This document shows positions 50,501 through 62,500 of a stretch of 64,000 bases of DNA, one piece after another. The DNA is taken from the NCBI GenBank assembly GCA_963811035.1, contig CAWEPO010000004.1, positions 6,331-70,330 on the forward strand. Reading direction: 5' to 3'. Both the position numbers and the translations under genes were made by a program. Source of the stretch: an uncultured Verrucomicrobiae bacterium (GTDB lineage Bacteria > Verrucomicrobiota > Verrucomicrobiia > Chthoniobacterales > Chthoniobacteraceae). Below the pieces are notes generated by a model. That model saw only the letters and a list, made by a program, of their open reading frames with translations, searched no databases and was not told the origin of the DNA. Numbering within the stretch: position 1 is the stretch's first letter; every line of letters begins with the position of its first letter.

Positions 50501-53500
50501 GATTGGCGGCAAAGCCGGAGCCGCTGAAGCCGATGCCAGCCACGGTCGAGTTGAGAATGGTAACGCCCGCCGGAGTGGCGGCGAGGCTCGAGAAGGCCGC
50601 ATTCAGGCCACCGCTGGTGTATCCCGCCGTGCCGGTGAGGAAGGCGTTCGTCAGCACCGCATTCTGGATGCCGAGCGGATACGAGCCGCTGAGCGTGATT
50701 GTCGGCGTATCGAGGACCGTCGTGGTGCCGATGGTCACCAGATCCGGGAAGACGAGCGAGCCCTGGCCGACGTTGATCGGCTTGTCCCCCGAATAACCGA
50801 AGATGACCACCGTGGTGCCCAGCGCGGGGTTGATCTGCGGCACCGGCCCGCCCACCGTGTCGCCGGCGACATTCACCAAGCGCAGGAGATAATTGTTCGC
50901 GCTGGAGACGTTCAGCGTCTGCCCGCCGTTCAACGTGAGGCTCCCGACCTCGATGGTGTTCGCCGTGTTCGCGCCGTTGTTGCCGACGTGCAGGTTGGCG
51001 ACGGAAAGAGCGCCATTGACGACGATATTGTTGGCGTAGGTGATGACGCCGCTGTTGCCGGTGCCGTTATTCTGCAGCGAAAGCATGCCGCCGCTGCCGA
51101 TGGTGGCGTCGGACCCGGCGAAGACCGGGGCGGTGCTGCCGGCGTTCAAGCCGGCGAGTGTGAGGATGCCCGCGTTGACGGTGACGCCGCCGGTGAAGCT
51201 GTTGTTGCTGCCGAGGAGCAGCGTGCCAAGGCCCTCCTTCGTGAGCCCAAAGGTGTTGCCGCCGTCGTCGATGAGGCCGTTCAAAGTCAGCACGGCCTGC
51301 GGCGTCTCGACGGTGATGGTCGTATTCGCGCCGAGGACCGTGGCGCCATTCAGCGTCAGGTTGTTCGTGCCGCGGAAGGTGAGGCTGCTGCCGAGGGTGT
51401 AATCGTTGTTCAGCGTATTAGCCGCCGCGCTGGAAGTGAGGAAAGTGCCGTTCGCCAAGGTGAGCGAGCCGGTGCCGATCGGGCCATTGACGAACGGATC
51501 GGCCACGCCGGTGCTCGCGTTGCGCGACGTCACATTCGTGCTGCCGCCCACCGCGAGGCCGCCGGTTTGCACATTCACGCCACCGGTGAAGATGCTCGCG
51601 CCGCCGAGTTGGAGGAGGCCGTCGCCCGCCTTGATCACCGCGAAGGCGCCGCCGATCGGCGCGGTGATATTCAAGCTCGGGGTGATGTTCGCGACGGTGC
51701 TGTTGCCGTTCACCGTCACGGGATTCACGGTGAACGTACGGTCGGCGCCATTCAGATCGACCGCCACGCCGCCGGTGCCGGCGCCCGAGATCGAGGCGAT
51801 GGTGCCGGCATTGCTCGAGCTGGCGGTGATGTTGCCGTTGAGCGTGAGGATGCCCGCGCCGGTGGTGACTTGGGGCGCGGTGCCGCCGTTGTTGTTGAAA
51901 GTCAGCCCGGCGAGGGTCTGGTTGAAGCCGTTGAGGCTGAGGGTGGCCTGGCCATTGAGGATCGGCGTGATGTCGAAGTCGATCTGGTTGGCCGCCTGGA
52001 GGCGGACGTTCCCCGCATTGACGACCAAGGAGCTCGCCAGCGTATTGGCCTGCGGGATCGCGGCGGAGGTCACGCCGCCGTCGGCGCCCGCCACGCTCAA
52101 GTCGAGAATGCCGGTGCCGAAGGTCACGCCACCGTTGATGGTGGTGCCGCCCGAATAGCTGTTGAGGCCATTCGTGAGCACCAGCGGCCCGGTGCTGAGT
52201 GAGCTGTAAACCAGCCGCGTGCGGCCGACGCCGTTGTCCACGATGCGCGAATTGATCGTGGTGGTATTGGCGCTGAAGTTGAAGAGATAGAGATCGGAGA
52301 CGCCCGCGGCCGCACCGCCCGCGGTCAAACGCCCGCTGTCCAGCGTGGCGCCGATGGTGGTGTTGAACGCGGCGCTCTTCAGCAAGGTGCCGGCGGTGAG
52401 GTTGAGCACATCCGTGGCGGCGGTGAAGTTGACGGCGCTGGTCGCCCCGGGAACGAGGTTGAGCGCGTTGATGCTCAGGCCGCCGGCGGGCAGCGCGGTG
52501 GTGGTGGCGGTGAGGCGGTAGTTGCCGGCGGGGTTGCTCGTCAGCGGGAGCACGGACCCATCGTAGCCTTGGTATCCCGCCGCGTTCAGGCCCGCCAGGC
52601 CTCCTGTCGCATTGCCCGCGCTCGGGGCGACATAACTCACGAATTCGTTGCCCTGGGTGATCGCCCAGGGGATTATCCCATTCACCAGGAGGCTCGAGCC
52701 ATTGGCAATCACCAGGCGCGAGCTGTTGCCCATCTGGCCATTGGCGGTGTTGACGTTGAGCGTGGCGCTATCGCTGCGGGTGAGATTTCCCAGCGAGAGC
52801 ACCGCCGAGCGAACCGTTCCATTGGCGGCGACGGCGGGGGCGATATGGCTAAGCCCCTGCGCCAGCAGCACATCGCCCAGCGTTTCCGAGGTATTGGTCG
52901 CGTCGCGGCCGGCGAGCGTGATAGTGCCGCCGCGCAAGGTGAAGCTCGCGCCGTCGTTCACGCGGTCGGCCATGGCGATCGTGCCGGCGTCGGTGAGCGC
53001 GAGAGCGCCATAGTTGAGGTCGATCGCCCCAAGGCCGGAAAGCTGGCCGGCATCCTGCAAGGTCAGCGTGGCGCCATTGATCAACGTGCCGCCGGTGTAC
53101 GAGTTGTCGTAGTTGAAGGTGAGGTTGGCGGCGCCGGTCTTGTTGTAGAAGACGCCGCCGGTGATCCGGCCGCCCCAGGTGCTGGCCGCATTGGCCGTGA
53201 TGAAAGTGGCCGGGGCCACGGAGGTGATGGTGCCGCCCCCGCCGATCGCCGCATTCGAGGAGGGCGTGCGCAGGTCGCCCACCATTTGCGAGTTGCCGTT
53301 CAGGTCGAGCGTGGCTCCGAAGCCGATGGAGAAATGCTGGCCGGCGGTGCCGCCTTGCACGCCCTGCCAGAGGGTATTCTCGCCACCGGCGAGGGTCGTG
53401 GTTCCGCCGAGGATGGTGAAGTAATTCGCGCCCGCGTTGAAATACTGCTTCGTGTTGAGGTTGAGATTGCCGCCGAGGCCCTGCGTCACGTTCGCGGTAT

Positions 53501-56500
53501 TGGCGAAGGCGCCGTTCACGTTCAGCGTGGACCCGGTGTCCACCAGCAGGGCGCCCTCCGTGGTGGCCGCGATCGTGGTGCCGAAGCTCATCACGCTGCC
53601 CGCGCTCCCGAGGGAGCTCGTCCCACCGCCGGTGACGAGGATATTGCCGGTGCCGATGGCCAACTGATTGCCGCCGGTGGCGCCGAAGGTGACATCCGTG
53701 CCGGGGCCGGTGATCTTCAGCGCATTGATGCCGCGCAGGTTCAGGCCGGAGATCACCTGGTCGCCCGAGATGCCGAAGGTCACGGTGCTCGTGGTCGTCG
53801 GCGTCGGCGGCGCATTGGTCGTGATCTGGTAGTTATCGATCACGTTGCCGAGCCCGGCGTTCGGCGTGCTGACGATCGCCGTCTGGTATCCGCTGAAGGC
53901 CTGGATATTCCCCGTGGCGCCGGTGCCGTTGTACGTGGCGAAGTTCGTCCCCGAGGCATCGATCACCACCGCGCGCGGGATGATGCTATTCGTAAGGGTC
54001 GGCCCCGCCGTGAAGATGATGCGATTGGTCGTCGCATTGTAAGTCTCGTTGCTGGCGAAAGTGAGCACGGAACCGCCGCCGACCACGTTGGTGGTGAGGG
54101 CGCCGAAGGTGAGCGTGGCATTCGCCGGTGTGACGCCGGGATTGCTCAGCGTGATGGTGCTGGCGCCATGGGCGGAGTTCAGCGTGCCGAGAGTTTCCGA
54201 GGAGACGGCTCCTCCATTCGCGGTGTAGGTGAAATTGCCGCCCTGGATGGTGATTGCGCGGGTGCTGCCGAGACGGTTCGGCACCGCGGTGGTGGTGTCG
54301 TTCACCGCCAGCGTGCCATTGCCGCCGAGGGTGATGGCACCCGTGCCGCCCACGCTGCCGACGCCGCCCACGCCCACGGTGAGCGTGCCACGATTGACGG
54401 TGAGGGCGCCGGTCAGGGAGGGATTCGCCACGCCGATATTGAGGGCGCCGGCATTCGACGCGGTCGGTCGCGCCAGGGCCAGTGCCAGGTTGGCGCCGGA
54501 GGCCGTCGTGGTGAGATTGATCGTGCCGGCGCCGACGAAGTTGATCGTGGAGGCCGCGTTCGAGCTGAGTCCTCCGGAGAGCGTCAGCGTTCCAGCGTCG
54601 GCGCCGATATAAGTGACGACACCATTCGCCGTCAGCAAAGAGCTGACACTGTTCGCGCCAGCGAGGCTGCGCAATGCTCCCGCCTGATTAAACCCGGACT
54701 GGCTGCCGAAAATGAGAGGCTCCGCCAGGGAGATTCCGCCCTCGAGGGTGAGCGCCGCGTTCGCGCCCGCGACGCCGGCCGAAATGGTGGTGGCACCGGC
54801 GGTGGTGCCCAGCGCGCCGCCATGGCTCGAGGCGTCCAGCTTCACCACGCCACCCCGGATAAAGAGCGCACCCGTCCAAGCGGTGTTGCTGGCGTTTGCT
54901 CCGAACTGCACGGTGCCGAGGTCCTGGATCTCCAGATCGGCTTGGGCGATGGACGTATCGAACGCATTGTCCAGGGTCAGCGTCTTGCCCTCCGAAACCT
55001 GGAGCACCTTGATATTCGCCGCCGTGGCATTGCCGAACTGGAGGCGCGGATCGCTGGTGCCGAGCGTGAGGTTATCCGTCACGCGCAAGATGGAGCCGGT
55101 GGCCGCGCTCGGATTGAGCCGAATGAAACCGACATTGCCCAGCGCCTCGCGGCTGCCGACCGCCAACACGCCCAGCGTGACATCGACCACCGAGCCGCTC
55201 CCGCCGAAGCTGTTGGCGCCGGCGCCGGTGGCGTTGTTGCCGAGCACCAGCGTGCCGACGCCGGCCTTCGTGAAGGTGACCACCCCGGCGCCCGTCGGGC
55301 CGCCGGTGACCTGGCCCGTGAGCGAGAGCGCCTGCACGGTGTTCGAATTGCTGGCCCCGGCAATGGTAAAGAGCGCGGGCGCCGCCGTGCTGAGCGCGAC
55401 ACTGTTCGGCGCCACCAGGCCGTAGCCATTGGCGGCGGTCAGGTTGATGCCGTTCAAGAGGTTCCCAAAGCTGCTCGGGGAGAGCTGCTTGTTCACCGCC
55501 TGGTTCCAGAGCACCGTCTGCCCCGCGCGGCCGATCGTCAGGACCGGCACCGTCGCGTCGAGCGTGATGGCCCCGAGGGAAACCACCTGCGGCGTCACGT
55601 CGCCATTTCCATCGTGGAAGAGCGAAGTGGTGGTGCTGTCATTGATCGTGATCGCCGCCGTGGAGCTGATCCCGGTCAGGTTGATGTTGAGATTGCCGAG
55701 GCCGGTCTTGGTGAGCGACGTGGCGCCGCTCAGGCCGGTGATCGGGCCGACCAGCGAGGCGGTCAGCGCCGGGTTGAGCACGGCAATATTCAGCGCTCCC
55801 GTGGGCACGCTCAGGGCGCCGTTCAGGGTGAGGGTGGCGCCCGTAAGCCCGGTGCTGTCGAAAATCGGATTGCCCGCGAAACTCACCGGATTGGCCAGGG
55901 TGATCGAAGCGTTGTTGACCATCAGCTTCGTCCCGGACGCCATGCTGACGGAACCCGTACCGACGGGTCCATTGGTGATCGCCGTGACGGCAGAGCCGGT
56001 GCCTCCCCCCACCGTGGTGGTCGGGTTGCTGTTCACCGTGGAAACGATCAGGCCACCGTCCGTCCCGCCGACACTGACGCCACCCGCGAAGGTATTGGCG
56101 CCGCTGAGGAGCAGCAGGCCGTTGCCGGTCTTGCTGAGGCTGGTGTTGGCGCCGGCGCCCGCCACGATGGAGGCGATCGTGAGGCTGGGGGTGATGTTAT
56201 TGTAAGTGAAGCCGGCCGCCTGGATCGCGCCGACATCGATGATATTCGCGCCGTTGCTGAGAGTCAGCGTGCCGCCGGTCACCGTGTTCACGCCCGCGGC
56301 GTTGCTGGTGGTGGCGGAGATCGGGCTGGGGCTGGTGAGGGTGAGCGCCGTGCCGACGTTCACCGTCGGATTGTTGGCCTCACCGCCGTTGTTGTTGAAG
56401 GTCAGGCTGCCGAGCGAGTTGGTGCCGACCAAGGTCAGCGTGGCGCGGCCATTCAGCGTCACGTCCGTGCCGGCGGCGATCTGGCCCTGGTTGGTGAACA

Positions 56501-59500
56501 TCGTCACCGTGGCGCCCGTGCCCTGGACGCCGCCATTGATGACGAGTCCGCCGGCCGCGGGAATCACCACGTCGTTCACGTTCGTTCCACGCAGCTCCAG
56601 GATGCCCTGGTTCACGATGGTGCCGCCGCTGTACAGGTTCTGCGCGGTGAGCGCGAGGACGCCCGCGCCGGACTTGATGAACTGCACCGAGTTCCCCGCG
56701 CCGTTGTTGCTGATGACCGAATTGATCGTCATCACCGTCGCGCCGCTGGTGTTTGAGGCGTTGTAAACGATCAGCTCGCGCGTGCCGCTGGTCTCCGTGC
56801 CGCCGGCGGTGAGGATGCCGCGGAGGGCGGCGGTGCCGATGCTGGTGGCGTTGTTGTTCGCGCTGCGCAGGAGGCCGCCCTGCTGGAGGTTCAGGATATC
56901 GCCCGCGTTGGTGAAGGTGATGTCGTTCGTGAACGCGCCGGCGATCCGCAGCATGCCCGTCGTCGTGGTGCCGCTGAGCAGGTTCGTGGTCGCGGCGGCG
57001 GCCAGCAGATTGGTAATGTTGCCGGGGGCGAAGGTGGCATCGTAACCGACGAAGCCCGGGGTGCCGACCGCGCCCGCGCCCTGGGCCACATTGTATCCGG
57101 CGAAATCGGTCGAGCCGGCGATGGCCCACGCGCCGAGGGCGTTGTTCGTCCCGTTGGCCAGGCCCGAAGTGGCGAAAATGCGCGGATTCGCGCCGCCCGC
57201 CCCAAGGGTGCCGCCGCCGCTGACGAAATTCACCGTCGCGCCCGGCGTGCGGGCAAAGCTGGCAAAAGTGAGGTCGCCGGTGGCGTACTGGCCGGTGGCG
57301 TTGCCGTTCGCGCCCACGGTGATCGTATTGGCGCCCTGCGCCGCCGAGAGCGCGCCGAGGCTCTCGGAAGAGAAGGTGCTCGCCCGGCCCGTGAAGGTGA
57401 TGCTGCCGCCGCGCAGCGTGAGCGGCGCCGCATCATTCACGCGATCGTTGATGTTCGTCTGCAGGTTGACGTTGTTGTCGATCGTCAGGTTCGCGTAGTT
57501 CAGCGTGATCGCCGAGGTATTCAGCAGCGTGGCGCTGTCGCGAAGGGTGAGGGCGCCCCCCATCATGACGGTGGGGCCGGAGTACGCGAGCGGGCTTTCC
57601 ACGGTGAGCGTGCTGCCGCCAACGCGCGCCAAGCCGCCGGTGCCGGTGATCGCCCCGGCAAAGGTGCCGTTGCCGCCCATGTTCGTCACCAGCAGGCCGG
57701 CGCCGAGATTGATCGTGCCGCCGCTGCCGGGATTGGTACCGCCGCTCAGCGTGCCGGTGTGCTGCACGTTGCCGTTCAGGTTCAGCGTTGCGCCATTGTT
57801 CACCGTCAGCGCCTGGCCGGGGAACAGGGTGTTGTTGCCGAAGGTCAGGTCGGTCGTGCCTTTATTGAACGTGGTCGTGCCCGAGTAGAATTGCTGGCCG
57901 GAGAGAGTGAGCGAACCGGGCAGGTTCTTGTTCAGGCCGGTGGTGCCGGTGAAGGCGCCGCTCACCGTCAATGAGGCGCCGCTGCCGATGTGCAGCGCGC
58001 CTTCCGCGCCCAGCGCGATGCGCGGCACGCTGAGCGTGCTGCTGCCACCCACGGCAAAAATGCCGCCCGAGGTGAGGGTGAGCGTGCTGTCGAACCCGCC
58101 CGCGCTGCCTACCGTGGCGGTATCGAGCTTCAGCGCGTTCAGCGTCCGGCCCGTGATGATATCCGCATTGGCGGTGATGCTCATCGTATCGGTGCTCAGC
58201 GCGCCGATCAGGTTGTTGGTCACGTTGTAGCCGCTGAACGCCGCGATGCCATTGGCGCCGTAGGTGGCGAAATCCGTCCCGTTTACCGCCGCGCGAGCGA
58301 GGATGCCGCCGGTCACGGGAGACAAAACCGGCGGCGTGGAGAAGATGACGCGGTTGGTCGCGGTCCCGAGGGCCACGTTCGAGGTGTAGTTGATGAACCC
58401 GCCGGTGTTGATCGCCTGCGTGGTGAAATTGAGCTGCGTGGTGCCGCCGTTGTTCGTCAGGTTGATCGAGGACTCGCCCGAATTCGCCGTGAGCGTGTTG
58501 CCCGCGGTGCCTTCGGTGGAGCCGGGGGTGCCGCCGCCGAGGCCGATAAAGTTGAACGTCGCGCCATTCAGGACGAGCGGCTTGTTGCCCAGGCGGTCGA
58601 CCGGCGTGGGATTGCCGCCGGTATTGTCGAGCGTGAGGCTGGCCCCGTGGTTCACGGTGATGCTCGCGGTGGCGTTGCCGGCAATGCGGCCGCTGCCGCT
58701 CAAGGTCGTCGCGCCACCGCTGAGGACGGTCGCGCCGGTGTAGGTGTTGTCGGCGGTGAGGGTCAGGGTGCCGGAGCCGAGATAGTTCACGACGCCCGCG
58801 CCGGCGGGGCCGGCCGCGCCATTGACGATCGCGCCGCTGATGATGGTGTTGCCGGAGCCGGCCAGGTTCAGCGTGCCGATGCCGGTGCCCGCGTTCATGA
58901 GGGTAACCCCGCCGGTAACAGTGAGAGTGTTAGCGCCCGAAAGGTTGTTGAAGAAGGAACGAGCCTGGTTGGGATTGGTGCCGCTCGCGGTGATGACCAG
59001 CGTGCCGACGCTCACCGAGTTCGCGCCGGTGAGCGTCGCAAAGGCCGAGTTCGCCGAGTTGGTGCCGTTGCCGGTGAGCGAGAGGGTGGAGATGGCATTG
59101 CCGCCGGTGAACGCCGTGTTCGCCTGGAACACGCCGCCGAGCATGCTGAGGGTACCGGTGCCAGAAAGGGGGTTGGAGTTCGCGATCAGCGTGCCCTGGG
59201 TGATCGTCGTCCCGGCATTCGCCGTAGTTTGCGTGCCGCTAAAGGTGACCGTGCCCGAAGTATTCAGCGCGAGGATCATCGCGCCGGTGCCGGTCGTATT
59301 GGTCAGGCTGCCAGTGATGACCGTGTTCCCGGGGCCGGCGATCGTGAAGGCGCGCGCATTGGTGGTGTCGATGTTGTTCAGGTTGCCGTTAATCGTCAGC
59401 ACCGCGGGCGACACGATGCTATTGACGATCGTCGCGTTGCCGCCCGTGGTCAGGTCCACCACGCCGTTGAGCGTGATGGCATTCGTCCCGGTAAAAACAC

Positions 59501-62500
59501 CCGACTGCCCCTGCGAAATGCGAACCTGGTTACCGATGATCAGACCGCCGGGATTCATTGCGTAGATGCCGGCATTGCCGAGATCGAGCCTTCCCGTGCT
59601 GATGGCGGTTCCCGAAGTGCCGGTGGTCGCTCCGGCGATGCCGAGAAAGCCGCCGCCGATTACGGTGGTCACGCCGGTGTACGTATTCGCGCCCGAAAGT
59701 ATCCAGGTGCCGCCACCGCTTCCCTTGGTGACACTCAACGCGCCGCCGTTATCGGCGAGCACGGCCTTCATTTCGTTGGCGTCATTGCTGAAGCCATCCA
59801 GGGTCAGCGTCTTCGCGCCCGCCGTCGAGTTGACGAAGTTATTGATGACGAGCGCGCCGCTGCCGCTGGAGTCGATCGTAGAGGAGGCCGCCAGGTTGAT
59901 CTGCCGCTGCACATTCTCGCCCGAGCCGACATAAAAAAGATTGCCAGCGTTCAGCGTCAAAATGCCCGCGCCGTTGCCGAATGCGCTGGCCGCGGTCGAA
60001 CCGCCGCCGATTGAGCTCACCACGACGTTGCCCGCCGAGAGAGTCGTATTGCCCGCGTAGGTATTTGCGCCGGTGAGATAAAGCAGACCGCCGCCGGTTT
60101 TCGTAAGCCCGCTGCCCGTGCTGCCGCTGATCACGCCCGAGACCGTCGCGAAATCCATGAAGGTGCTGGTATTGTCATCCACCTGGATGGTGCGAACGGC
60201 GCCGTTCAAGTTGATCGGGTTCACCACTTCGGTATCGAAGAGCGCCGTCGTCGAGTTCAGGATCAAGGCGCCGGTGCCATTGCCGATGCCGCCGCTGCCC
60301 CAGGTCTGTGTCGCGCCAGCGCCGCCAAAATTCACCGTCAGCTTGGAATTGGCAGCGGCAAAGCCACCCGCGGTATTGGCCACCCAGCCCACCTGCCCCG
60401 CGCCAGTGCCAATGGGACGGATGAAGGTCCCGGAAGTCTCCAGAATGCCGCCGCCCAAGACCAGGTTGCTGGCCGAGGAGAGGCCCAGCCCATCGACCGC
60501 GCGCAAGGTGCCGGCCGTGATCGTGGTGGGGCCGGAATAGGTATTCGCGGTCGCAGGATTCAAGATCCACAAACCGCCGGTCAATTTAGTGACCGACAGC
60601 GCTTCGTTCGCGTTGGGATTGTTCTTGAGGCGGATGCGCAGCTCGTTGTCGCCGGCCGAATCGCCATCCAGCGTCAGCGTGCGGATGCCGGCCCCGCTGA
60701 AGACCACATCGGCCGTGTTGTTGAAGATGAGGGCCGCGCTGTTGGCGGCGCGGACGGCGATATTGTTGCCGTAGCTGCCAAAGGAGGCGATGCTCGCGTT
60801 GCCAGCCAGCGTGAAGAGTCGATCGATGCTGACCGAAGGCGTCTGCGTGGCGACCACCGCGCCGCCGGCATTGGTGCCGACATAACGGAGCGCGCCGCCA
60901 TTGAAGACGAGGCTCGCGGCATTCGTCGCATCGCTGGTGGCATCCCCGCGTCCGATGCCGCTGGCCGTCCCGATGTTAGCCAGCGTGGTCACATCGAGGT
61001 TCCCCGCGTTGAGCTGAGTAACCCCCGAGTAGGTGTGAGAGCCGGAGAAGGCGATCGTCCCCGTGCCGGCTTTAGTCAGCCCGATTTTCGCAGTCGCGCC
61101 ATCCTGGATCAAGCCGGCGAAATGACCCGCGCCGGTCGCGCCGCCGATCTGCAGGGTAGCAGTGCCCGAAGCTGCTGAGTTGGTGATCAGGCCAGGGCCG
61201 GTCAGCGCATTAATTTGATTGGTCCCCGTCAGCGAAACACCGTTCATATCGAACGTCGTGCCCTGACGCAGGATGAGATTCGCGGAAGCGCCCAAGGTGC
61301 CGGTGCCAGCCAACTGCAAGGTGCCGGCGTTGACCGTCGTCGTCCCGGTGTAGGCGTTCGCTCCGCTCACGATGAGGGTGCCGGTGCCGGATTTAGTCAG
61401 CGAACCCGCGCCGCCGCTCATCACCGCGCTGACGGTCAGCGCGTTGGCCGGCGTGGTGCCATTGATGGTAATGATCACTTCGGACGCCGAGGCGCCCAAC
61501 GTGTTCGCAGCGGTGCCATTGTTTTGAATGGTTGCAGCGCCAGTGGAGTTATCGAATAGGATGCCGCCGCTCGTGATCGTCTGGATGCCGGCCAGCGTGA
61601 TGGTCTGCGCATTCGCCATCTTGAGCGAATTGATCGACTGCGCGGCGAGGTTGGCGCCGGGGGTCGCGGTGCTCTGATAGTTGGTGGTCGCCACGCCGCC
61701 AGTGGTCGGCAACGTCGCCTGCCCGGTCAGTGCGGTCGCCGTGCCGCCCGCACCGACACTCGCGGCGAAATCCGTGCCGGCAGAGCCGAAGGTGGCGTAG
61801 CCGCCGAGGATGCCGTTGGCGCCGGCGGCGGCGGTAAAGGTGATGGAAGTGCCGGCGCCAGGATTCAAGTTGAGGGCCGCGCCCGCGCCGCGAGTGCCGA
61901 GCGAGGCGAAGTTCAGCGTCGGCACGCCGCTATTGGCAGTGACCTTCACGGAACCAGCCCCGGCAGTCGGGGTCAACGCCCCTACCTGCTCGATGAGCGT
62001 GGCACCCGCCGCGGAACCTTGATACTCGAAGATACCGCCCGCCGCGCCGTCGTTGTTCACCGGGTCCGTCGCAAAGGTGATCGCCGCCGTGTTGCCGATC
62101 AGGTTGGAGCCGTTGCCGGAATTGGCGGTGGGGCGGAACTGCATCGTGCCGCCAGCGACGTTGACACCACCAGTGAAACCGGTGCCGATCGCGCCGAAAG
62201 TGATCCCAGCGTTGGCGGCAATCGAAGTGCCGCCGATGTTGGCGCTCAAGGTGATCGTATTGGTCGCCGCATCGATCGCCGTAATGATGGTGCCGTTAGC
62301 GGGACCATTCGTCGGTGTGGCGGAAATCGTCTGGCCCAAAACGAGGCCCGCGACGCTGCTGAGCACCATCTGGTTGAGGTTCGCGGAGCCGGTCGTGACG
62401 GTGATGCCTGAGGAGGCCGCGGCGTAGTTCGCGGCAGTCGGAACATACAGCCAGGTGTTGCTCCCAATCTTCGTCAGAGAAGTCGTTGGGGTGGAGCTAT

